From Microbotryum violaceum (lineage: Eukaryota), in assembly GCA_001244265.2 (NCBI GenBank), contig CDLV01000005.1:1364001-1428000 (forward strand): a stretch of DNA of 64,000 nucleotides, in the 5' to 3' direction. The translations under genes and the position numbers were made by a program. Within the stretch, counting starts at the first letter, position 1. The number at the start of each line of letters is the position of its first letter. Under the pieces are notes generated by a model. That model worked only from the letters and a program-made list of their open reading frames with translations. It did not search any database and was not told the origin of the DNA. Positions 12,502-24,002 of this stretch are shown one piece after another.

Positions 12502-14689
12502 ATGGTCAGCCCGAACCAGGTCCACAAGACCATCATTCCCGAGTAAGTTCACTACGTCTTACTGTGCTTGCGTGTGTGTCTGTGAAGGGGGCACACCTGC
12601 AATTGCCTCCGGCCCAGCTAGGCGAAAATGTTACATGTCATGGGGCGCTTCACCATACGCTCGGCGATCACGCGCCAGTACTACACTCCTCGCACTTCCA
12701 GCGTTCCAAGGGGCTGAGCCGCCGCTTTACATGCATCGAACAGGCCCCAAATGCTGGAAAGAGTCTCGACTCAACTTGGTGATACGACCGTCAATGATGC
12801 CGCCGAGACGGCCAACAAGGAGCGGCACATGACCATGTGGCAGGCCTTCAAGGCGTACCCCTACGCGTGCGGATGGTCCATGTTGTTCTCGAGTGCAATC
12901 GTGATGGAAGGTTTCGACTTGGCCATGATCAATGCGTTCTTCGCCCTCCCGGCGTTCCAGATGAAATTCGGCGTTCAGCTCGCCGACGGATCCTATGTCA
13001 TCACCCCCGCATGGCAAACCGGTCTCTCAAACGCTGTGCAAGTCGGTTCCATCTTCGGCCTTATGGTCAACGGATGGGCGTGTGATAGATTCGGCTACAA
13101 GAAGACGATCGCAGTCTCGCTCGTCGCCATCACACTGTTCATCTTCATTACGTTCTTCGCAGTTAGTCTCCCGATGTTGCTCATTGGTGAAATACTTTGC
13201 GGTGTCCCTTGTAAGTCGAGTGTCTGCGCTGTGCGGCCTTCCGATCTTAAACTGACGTCCTCGTTCTTCTCTTGTGCTCAGGGGGTGTCTTCCAGAGTTT
13301 GACGACGGCCTACGCGGCCGAGGTCTGCCCCGCCCCTTTACGCCCCTACCTTACGACCTACGTCAACCTCTGCTGGGTCATGGGCCAATTCATCTCCTCC
13401 GGTGTCTTGAAGGGTGTTTCGGGGATGAGTGAAGACAACGAGTGGGGCTATCGAATTCCCTTTGCTTTGCAATGGGTGAGTCTTCCCGCCGACGACCGTG
13501 TCGCTATTTGCTGACCCAACATTTTGATCTGGTACATAGATGTGGCCGGTGCCCATTCTGGTCGGTGCCGTCTTTGCGCCGGAGTCCCCGTGGTGGTTGG
13601 TCCGTCAAGGTCGTCTCGGTGACGCCGCCAACTCGTTGAACCGCTTCGGATCCATCTCGGCCGAAGGCTTCATCGACGTCGACGCCAAGATCAACCAAAT
13701 GATCTTCACCAACGAGATCGAAAAGGAGATCAACGCCGGCACTACGTACTTTGACTGCTTCAAGGGTACCAACTTGCGTCGAACGGAGATCGTGTGCATG
13801 GTCTGGATGATCCAAACCTTGGTTGGATCCGGTTTCATTTCATACTCGACTGTCTTCTTTGAACGTGCCGGTCTTTCGAACTCGAACGCCTTCTCGCTCT
13901 CGCTCGGCAACTACGCGCTCGGTGCCGTCGGTACGATTTCATCGTGGTGGACGATGCAATGGCTCGGCCGTCGTGACTTGTACATGTGGGGTATTCTGTC
14001 GATGGGCGTCGTCCTCTTTGCAGTCGGTGGTGCCGGATTCGGTTCCGGTTCGGGCGCTTCATGGGCCGCAGGAGCTCTCATCGTCTTTTACTCCTTCCTG
14101 TACCAATTCACCGTCGGTCCGGTCTGCTACTGCCTCGTCGCCGAGATCTCTTCGACACGCCTACGCGCCAAGTCCGTCGTCCTCGCTCGCACGTCTTACA
14201 ACATCGTCGGTATCATCAACAACATCATCTTCCCTCGCATGCTGTCCCCTCTTTCGTGGAACTGGAATGCCAAGGTGAGAATCTCCCCTTTCAATGCTGC
14301 CCTCCTTATCCGAGTGGTGCCACGCCTGTCATCTTCGATACAGCTTGATGAGTTCGTTGCTGACCATTATATCTTGTCAGGCTGGATTCTTCTGGGGTGG
14401 TTCGTGCTTCCTGTGTCTAATCTGGTGCTACTTTCGTCTTCCGGAACCCAAGGGACGCAGTGAGTCCAAGCCGTCATTTCACTGCGCAACACGCCCTCTC
14501 CCGCTGGCAACCCCCCCCCCCCTTGCTAATACATACTTCTACCTCTACCTTTCTCCAGCATATTTGGAGCTGGACATTCTGTTCAACGATAAAGTTTCTG
14601 CTCGCAAGTTCAAGACGACTGCAGTTGACGTACGAGCTCACGGACGCTCGAACGAGAAGCATTACGAGCCAACCGGCATCGTTCACTAG
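12502..14689 (+). CDS. MFS sugar porter, maltose/alpha-glucoside permease family
   Basis: In-frame first exon from ATG 12502 spliced to about 12744. Motifs DRFGYKKT, YAAEVCP..LR.YLTTYVNLCWVMGQ, PESPWWLVRQGR, DCFKGTNLRRTEI and LPEPKGR. Confidence 0.92.
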
Positions 14690-15190
14690 AACCGCGTTGG
14701 GCTGGCGGGCGTGCAGTGGTCCTTGGGGTCCTGTGTGTAACTTGAGATGCTGTCTGTAGTATGTTGAGTTTGTTAATAATGTTCAATATATTATAATTTT
14801 GGGCTCAATGAAGGCTAGAATCATCGTCGCAAGGAATGTGGGATCGCGTGGAGAGATATTCATCGGGGTTCTGTGTAGAAGGACTCAGGTTGATGCACCG
14901 ACTTGAGACTTGACGGGTAAGGAAATGGAGAAGAGGCCTTAAGTGCTGGGTGTCTCACACAATTCGATCGAATTTGTACCTGCAGACAGTTACAGTTGGA
15001 ATACAATTCGGCGGCCATGTCGGAAATCTCGGCCGAATCGGATCCGGGCGGACTTTTACGAGTGGGGGGGGGGGGGGGGAGTCACCCGCGTCACCTGTCT
15101 CGGGCTCGGCTCGGCTCCGCACGCCTTTAGCGCCCCCATCCCGGCCAGGTGCTCTTGCGAGTCTGTGCGCTCGTCGCCGCACTGCCCAGG

Positions 15191-16635
15191 ATGCCGACTG
15201 CAATCAACAACCAGCCACTGGTGCAACATATCCTAACACGAGACTTTTCGGGCCCGTTCGCTCCGAACAGCACCGGCACCGGTACCGGAAGCGGTGACAT
15301 CACCACAACGACGACGAGTTCCCCACCCGCTGCAACACGTCAGCATGCGATCGCATCCACACCGGTGCTCGTGAGGGCCCTCCCACCTTCGTCTTATCTG
15401 GATAAGCTAGGTCAACAAGCTTCGAAACGAGCGAAACGGCAACACATCCTCACTGAATCACTCGAGAGCGCTCTCGAAACTCCGATCGATGCGTTCGCTA
15501 TACCGCTTCCGGACAAGGATCATCCACAGCATGCATTGGGGGACGATTCTAAAGGACTGGCGAAACAGAACAAGATGAAGGGGAAAGTGGCGAAGCGGTA
15601 CGAGAGCTGGGAGTTGCTCAAGGCGATCGAGAAGAAGCAGCTTATGACCATCTACGACATCAAGTCGAACCAATTCGAGTTGTTACTCGAGCCGGTAGGA
15701 GGGAGTACACCTCTTGTGCATGCGATGCGACATGGGCCATCTCGTACGTGCATTCTTATTCGGATGCTGCTTACAATTATTCCAGGAGCTGACTCTCCTT
15801 TCCTCGGCTCGCTCACTTGCCCCAGATCAAGAAGTGGCCATTCTCATCACCGGAGCCCTCTCGAAGCAAGTCAACGAACTCGCCGACCTGCCAGCCGAAT
15901 CCTTCTCCCGCAACGATGCGACCAAAGCATTATTACGAGGAATCCGAGTCAACCTCAAACTCGCGATCACGCAGGGTTTGATCTCGGAGCATACGTCGCT
16001 CTTGGCTTCGTTCTTGCAAGTGATCGTCATGTCCGAAGGGGAGAAATGGTTGCAAAAAGCGGGGCATGAAGTGGCTTTGGCATGTCGAGCGGTGAGTCCC
16101 CATTGCCTTATGAACAAGTCGCCCTTCGTATTGATCCGAAACTTTCTACGCATCTCACCTCGAAGGGTCCACCGGGCCGAGCGGTGGCAGCAGCGACGAC
16201 CCTAATCGACAAATGGGTTTCGAGGGAATTGCAAAAGACCCAAATCGCAGCTGTGGGGGAATACGTCTTCAATTCGATAGGTGACCTCGTCTTGCTGGGG
16301 CTTTGGTCGATCGTGATGGATATCTTGCCCAAGGAGGAGATGATGCCGTTGTACTTCTTTGCTAGGGATGATCGGATGACAAAGTGGGTACAAAGGAATG
16401 GTCATGCAGGTCGAGCCGCTGAAGAGTACTGACTTCTCTCGTTGTTCTCCTCCTTCCATCTTACCCTCGCAGAGCAATGGAGGAACGCGTCGAGGCACTC
16501 AAACGTAATGGAGGGTGGACCAGATTGTCCCCACTGCTGCGGAAACAAATCAATGGCTCACTGGCGGAGTTGAGCAAGAGGACGATAGGAGGGAGAGAAC
16601 GAGTGGCCGGGTTGAAGAAATTGTTAGATGAGTGA
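15191..16635 (+). CDS. Conserved-looking hypothetical protein, mostly alpha-helical, one ankyrin-like TPLVHAM motif
   Basis: Four ORF segments joined by canonical introns. No family recognised. Confidence 0.65.
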
Positions 16636-16849
16636 TGAACCTTGAACTCAACGGATGGAGGGAGTGGTCGTGGCATTCTTGGGGTGTATTGTGACATTCT
16701 TTATTTTGTTGTTGCATCTTGAAACATTGTTGTACGCTTGACCACGCAAAATTTCAAACCACCGGAATGCCAAAGTATGGGCGGATAGCCCAGGGCTATC
16801 CCCCCTTCCCGTGACGTTCAATGTTGTCTCCACACTCAGCAGCACGCGC

Positions 16850-17048
16850 GGTCAATATATTGCTGTTTCATCCCACTTGTATTCCCGATCATGATTAGTT
16901 ACTAGTTGTTGATATTAGTCGCCTCGCGCGTCTCGAGCCTGCCACGCGCGCGCTCCCTTGGCGCTTCTCTTCTTTCTCCAACTACCTTTACTAGCATCTT
17001 CGGCTCTCGTACTTACGCATCTCGTGCCTCGGCTTCAGGTTCCTAAAA
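16850..17048 (+). repeat. 5' LTR of copia element
   Basis: Closely similar to 20402-20681 apart from an 81-bp segment. Followed directly by the PBS. Confidence 0.92.
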
Positions 17049-18838
17049 GGTTATGAGCCCACCGAGCCTATCAGCGGCGGGCGACCTCGACGACCACAGT
17101 GCTATGGCATCAACGCCTCCACCACCGTCATCAACGTCGATCCATACTAAAGAGCAATTCGACGAGCTGATCAGGAACCAGCGCCCCGCACGGGACGACG
17201 ACGCATTCTCCATGCGTCAGCTCCTACCCCCAGCCAACCCCTCGGTCTTCCCAGACGACTCAAAACTTACGGAGGACAATTACGTTGACTGGGACCTGAC
17301 CATGTCCGTCACCATCGGCCCAATCGTTCAGACGGGCGGCTCGGCGCACGAATGCTAGCTCGCCCTCGCCGCACGCTGTGCTCCCAGCGATGCCCAAGCG
17401 TACTCGGCACTCATCAAGGACTATTTCAGCATGCCACCATGCCTGCCCACTTGGGCTGGTTTCAACGCATGGACGAATCGAGCCATGGTTCTCGTCAACC
17501 ACCTTCGAATGGCCCAGCTCGACTTGGAACAGGCCATCGCGGCCCGGGCCCTTGACGACTTACCTCACGTCTTCGATGGCTGGCGCACGACATTCTACGC
17601 GATGAAAGTTCACGACAACAAGCTGCCGCGTGTCGAACACATCTTCGCTTCGATGGATACTGTCGCTCGAACGTTGCGCAACGAGTCGAACCCGGCCCTC
17701 GTAGCGAAGGCGGTCGCGCCGACCACAAGCGCTGCTCTCGGCAAAAAGGGGAAATGGGATCGATCTGGTCCTGCCCCGAGCAACTGCCCGGCTTGCGGTC
17801 AAGGTAAACTCTGGCTCGACAAGTGTCCGGACTCGCGCAAGCGAGCCAAGTACATCGAGCTCAAGAACGCCATGAAGGCACTCCAAGACTCATCATCATC
17901 GACTGTCGGCCACGCCTCTGTCCAGACACTTAAAAGGTAGCCTAGTGGACTTGGTGGCGACGTCGGCGGCCACGAACGTGGTCGTAATCGATGATGATGA
18001 GCCTTGTAGTGCCTTCATGGCGTTCTTGAGCTCGATGTACTTGGCTCGCTTGCGCGAGTCCGGACACTTGTCGAGCCAGTGTTTGCCTGGACCACCGTGC
18101 CGGCTCACCGACGGGACAAGCTCGACCCAAAAGGGATTCCTCTGGTCTTCGTCGGGTACGATCGACACGCGAAAGCCTACCGTCTTCTTGACCCTTCCTC
18201 GATTCGTGTGAGTCTGGGCCGCTATGTGACGTTCGTTGAAACCGAGTTGCCCTTCGCGATCGCGCCCACCCGAGTGGCGCACCCGTCCATCCCGGGTTAC
18301 AGCCCCCAGCTTCCACCCGTCGAAGCTCCAACACCTGTCGAGCCTCCCCCACGGCCACCGGCATCAACGCCTGTCGAGGCACCCGCGTCGCCGGCTTCGA
18401 CCAGCTCGGCCGACAACGACGACGCCTCATCGACCACGAGCGCAACGACGGAGTCAGCCGTGAACCTGCCGCGACCACCTCCGGATCCAGCTCCACTCGC
18501 CAAAGTCAAGCCGACTTGGGAGTACGGCGACGTCGCCAAGGTTGGCCCCGATCCAGGGAAGTACTGTGAAGTCGACGCTCGAAACATCATTGATGGCCCG
18601 CGGACTCGCCGCCAGCTCGTTCCCACCATAATCACGCGGGAACAGCTCGTCGACGGCCCCGACGGACCCACCGCCTCTTTCAAGAGCCTGCTCCTTGCCT
18701 TCGCATCCACCAAGGCCGGCTTCGCAGATCACGACTTGTCAGTTGTTCGCGATCCGGCAAAACGGGGCGACGTCATTCGATCGGGACAAGAGGACATTTA
18801 GGGCGCTCCGGCACAGGATGGATTCGATTCGCTTCTGA

Positions 18839-19215
<377 letters not shown>

Positions 19216-20401
19216 CTATGTAGAGAGGCTTGTCCATGCGCGTCCCTCAGGGCACCAACCTGCCCGGCAAAATCCTCAAGCTGTCCAAATCCACCTACGG
19301 CCTTCGTCAGGCCGGCCCCATCTGGAACGCTGAGATCGACTCGACTCTGCGGTCCCTCGGATACGTCCCCACCAGGTCCGACATCTGTATCTACCGCCGC
19401 GAACAAGACGGGCACTCTCACTACATTGACTTGTACGTCGACGACTTGCTTTCGGTTGGTCCCTCTACCGCCGAGATCGACCGGGTGCTTGACGCGCTGG
19501 AACTCGCATACGGCATCAAACGTCTCGGACCTGCCGAATATACTCTAGGCATCCAAGTCAAACTTGGACAAGATGGCTCTATCATGCTCTCACAAGAGCG
19601 CTACCTTCCGGACATCCTTGCCAGGTTCCAATTCACCAATGCCAAGCCGGCAAGTGTTCCAATGCAGCCAGGTGTCGCCCTTGACTTTGAGGACTTGGCG
19701 GCCATCCCTCAAGATCGTACGCGCTACTTGCGGGCCATCGGTTCGTTGATGTACGCCGCAGTCGGAAGTCGTCCGGACCTCGCCTTTGTGGTCAGCTACC
19801 TCGCTCGCGTCTCCCAGCAGCCCGGCCCGGAGCATTGGACAGCCATCAAGCAGGTCATCCGTTACATCAAAGGTACGTTGGACTTGGGCCTCACCTATCG
19901 CAAAGCCAACCAACCATTCCATGGCTACTCGGATGCGAACTGCGGAGCCTGTCTAACGACCTCGCGATCGACCATGGGCTACGCGTTCATCTTGTCCGGA
20001 GCCGCAATCGCTTGGTGCTCCAGAGGCGAGCACAGGGTGGCCAAGTCCACTACCGACGCAGAGTACCTTTCTCTTTCGTACACAAGCGGTGATGCCATCC
20101 ACCTGAGCGAACTCCCGAACTCGTGGCTGAACTTGGCGCTCCATTCTCCGGTCCAGTCGTACTCTACGGTAACAACCAAGGTTCGCTGGCTCTTGCGCAG
20201 CACCCGACCAACCATCAGAGGTCTCGTCACGTTCGCATCTTGGAACATACCGTCCGCGAGAGGGTAGCTGAAGGTTCGCTACATCGCCACCGGCGACATG
20301 TTCGCCGATATCTTCACCAAAACCTTGGGTCCCAAGCCGTTCATCTTCCATCGGGAGAATTTGGTTTTGCGAGGTGCAGTGGTAAGACAGCATGGGGTGT
20401 G

Positions 20402-20681
20402 TGTCAATATATTGCCGTTTCATCCCACTTGTATTCCCGATCATGATTAGTTACTAGTTGTTAATATTAGTCGCCTCGCGCGTCTCGAGCCTGCCACGCG
20501 CGCGCTCCCTTAGCGCTTCTCTTCTTCACCCAACTATCTTTACTATCATCTTCGGCTCTCGTACTTACGCTTATCGTGCCTCGGCTTCAGGTTAGTTACT
20601 GTGAAATGCTCGAACTATCTTTACTATCATCTTCGGCTGTCGTACTTACGCATATCGTGCCTCGGCTTCAGGTATCTAAAA
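20402..20681 (+). repeat. 3' LTR of copia element with internal 59-bp duplication
   Basis: Starts TGTCAAT after a degenerate PPT. Units 20532-20590 and 20613-20671. Confidence 0.92.
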
Positions 20682-20877
20682 CGCGCAAGCTTGCCCCCTA
20701 ACCTTCTTCACTGGTAATCCGGATAACGGAGATCAATGTCATATGACCGAAACACGCTCAACCACATCTACCTAACCCACACCAGGACGAAGGATCGAAT
20801 TCTATCCCTGCCCTCCCGAAAACTCGAACCTGGCAGCCTCTCCACACGGGCCCTACTAGTACTACTACTGACCGCTC

Positions 20878-21014
20878 TTAAAGTAACATCACCCAACACC
20901 CCGTAAGACCGAGCATCACCGCCTTAACACTCAAATTGAAACCCTTGACCCGACTCGCCGAAGACGTACTTCCCGTCGTGGCCGTAGTCGGTGCTGATCC
21001 ATTCGTCGTCGTCG

Positions 21015-21048
<34 letters not shown>

Positions 21049-21536
21049 CGCGTTCGAACCCATTGAAGAACTCGTCGTACTCAGTCCCACTGAACCAGTA
21101 GAATTTGAGCCCATTCCTCCATTCGAAATAGAAGTAGATCCCGTCTGCGAAGTCATAGATGTCGCACCACTCATTGTCGTTCGGGGAGTAGCGCCACCAC
21201 CTGGGGTAGTGAACCCGGTGGAGGTGGAGAGTTGGGAAGTTGAACGTGTCGTCGAGGTGGAGGCGGTGATGACCATTGGGAAAGTTTCGAGGTTACCGTT
21301 ATCGTTGTTGTTACCGTCTAGGAAAAGAAAGAGATGGAACGGGAGTTTGTTAGGTCACTTGGGCTTTGTACAGGTCCTCCGACGCGTCGCAGTCCTCTTG
21401 AGTCTTCGCCATGTTGAGGGTTCGTGCACGCCAGAGACGACGCCCGGCAAACGCGCCCGAAGTAGATGGACTGACTGTTTTGAGAGCTGACCAAGAGCAA
21501 AGAGGTGAGTAAAAGAAATAGATATATGTTGCGCAT
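20878..21536 (-). CDS. Secreted Ser/Thr-rich, probably GPI-anchored cell-surface protein
   Basis: Signal peptide MRNIYLFLLLTSLLLVSS, one intron (GTCAGT..CCTAAC..TAG), S/T/G-rich body and hydrophobic C-terminal SSASRV...VMLGLTGCWVMLL. Confidence 0.85.
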
Positions 21537-22102
21537 GGTGCGGTTGGTGTAGGTGAATGCAGAAACTACTTGTAGCGGTGCTCGGGTGGGGGCTTGTCAG
21601 TGGTCACGACGACAAGACTGCCAACCCCCCTTCATCGCGGACTCCGCGCACAGACCAAAGTTTCTAGAGTTCGGAAATAGCTCATCATCGCCAGCTCATG
21701 TGACGTTCCGAAATAAATAAATAAAAGTCGTACAGGTGTATATCGTTATTGCAAGGGAAATTCTTCATCGCGTCAAAAAAAAAAGAGAACAGCAGACGAT
21801 CAGTGCTAGGGAACGGCTTGAATCAGGAATCGAGCTAAACCCAAAGAGTGAGCAAGGAGAAATAGGAAAATCAAAATTGCGGAAGCCCCAGTCTCGTAGC
21901 TGCAATGTGGAAGTGATGCACAAACAAAGGAATAGGTGCATGCGGGATATCTCGTGGACCAAGAAGGGGTCGCGTTGAGGCGGCCTTGATGGGTTGGATG
22001 TGAGGACCGAATGTCGCTCACACGGGAGGAGTCTAGCGTCGAAATGGGTCAAGAAGGGTCGTGCTTTCTGGGTAAAGACCTCATGACGAGTGTGGTCAAA
22101 GT

Positions 22103-23555
22103 TTATGCGATGACTGTGATTGAATCAAGATGTGTCCGTTAAGCTTCCTTTACAGTCCGTCAGGTAGACAAGGCCCGAGTAAGAACTTACTCGTCATTAC
22201 GGCCCAGGCACTGCTCGATGCGAGGATGACAAGAGAACAAAATCGAATGGGACTGTCAGCAGCCCGAAAACTTGGAGAGCGAGAGCGACAGTGAACTTAC
22301 ATGAGGCCGAACAATACGGGCAAGGTCAAATTGTCGTCAAGTCCAAAGACGTCGATCGCCTCGGCGACACCGGCGATCAACCCACATACAATCGACAACG
22401 CCGGCAACGACAGCGTACTGTACGGATTTTGTTCAAATTCAAAAAGTCAGTGCCATTTTTTTGGAATACGTCGCCAACGCGTCGCATCGCTGTTGAACTC
22501 GGCAACACGCACCTATTCGGACTCGGCAACCTCGGCAACCTCGTCGGGTTCTGACTCCTCTGCAACACCCACGTCGACGCCTTTCTCGCCGGCAACCACG
22601 ACGAATCACCTTCATCACCCAGCACGCTCACCGTTCCCCAAAAGTAATACGCCGCCAAGGTCCCCGTCATGACGGCAGCGAGCGTTCCGGCGAGGGACTT
22701 TTTACGCCCAAAGAGGGTGCCGGAGAAAGGTAGTTTGGGGGTGTATTTGCCGTACAATCGACCGAATATGGATGCGGTCGTATCGCATAGGGAAAGCATG
22801 ACGCAGGATAATGTGGCGATGTCTGCAAGAGAATGACAGAGGGAGGTGTATGAGCATGCCATCCGGAGAGGACTCCGAACTGTCGAGCAAAGGGCCTTAC
22901 CTCTCGGGAGGAAGGTGAGGCAAAAGAGGACACCCCCAAAGTAGTAGATTGTCCCATTGACGGATTCTGGATGGTGATAACAAGAGGTCAGTTTGGGTGC
23001 ATCTCCCCACCTGGGATTCCACAAATTGCACCTCGGACGAACCTCGCTCATGTTCCCTCTGTGTGGCCCAGAATATGCCCATCAGCAGAGTATTCCCCAA
23101 AGCTCGGTATGCGCGTCCAAGAACCGACCATCAAATAGCCCAAATACTTCTCGTATGTCAACTCGAAGGCGGGGCTCTTGAACCTGATCAGATCGGCGAC
23201 GACGATGATGGTTGCGATCAAGAGCGACCAACGCAACAGGGTCGTGACGTTGGTGTGCTGTTGCCAGAGGTAGACGGCAAAGATGGAGATGCTCGAATGG
23301 AGAAGCTTGCGAGGGATCTGGAGGGGGCCCAAAGGGAACACGTCAGTTCCTGCCTCGGGATGGTCTTGAGAGCTCGGATCGAGATTGAGCGTTTGAGCAG
23401 GGGCCACGGGGTGTAGGCGAGTGCTTACTTCGAGTCTGTCAAAGCGATGGAGCCGTACGTCCAGTCAGCGTTCAATCGGACCATGAATGTTCAACAAGCC
23501 CGCACTGACCCTGATCGAATCCTTCCCCGATCGACTCGTTCGGTGCTCATTTCAC

Positions 23556-23590
<35 letters not shown>

Positions 23591-23703
23591 ACACGCGCTG
23601 CTGACGGTGGTGTATCATGACCAGCCACGACGCCATTCTGCTTGCTCGACGCGTCCCCGTTCAAGGGTTTTGATGTGGTGTTTCGACTCCGTAGTTCGGT
23701 CAT
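22103..23703 (-). CDS. DGK1: CTP-dependent diacylglycerol kinase
   Basis: IPRKLLHSSI, VNGTIYYFGG, LSLCDTTASIFGRLYG, KKSLAGTLAA and LDDNLTLPV. The start could be 23703 or 23844. Confidence 0.9.
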
Positions 23704-24002
23704 GCTGCTTGGGTTCTGGGCAGCGCGTGAACGGTTCCAAGTAAAGGAGCCCGCAGCCGCGCGTGCGCGAGCCGTCTCGATAACCCACGCGCGCTTGCGA
23801 TGACCCGGACTCGGGCCGGCGAACTGATCGATCGGGTCCAGCATCGGGCATTGAGTTGTCAGCGCTGCATTGCGTGAAAATGATGGTACCCTGACGAGCT
23901 AAGCGTCTCAACAAGTACGAAAAGATGTGAAAAGCAAGAGTAAAGACTTTTGCCAAGAGCCTGCCCAGCAGCACGTCGGAATCGCCAAGAATTGACTAGT
24001 CG

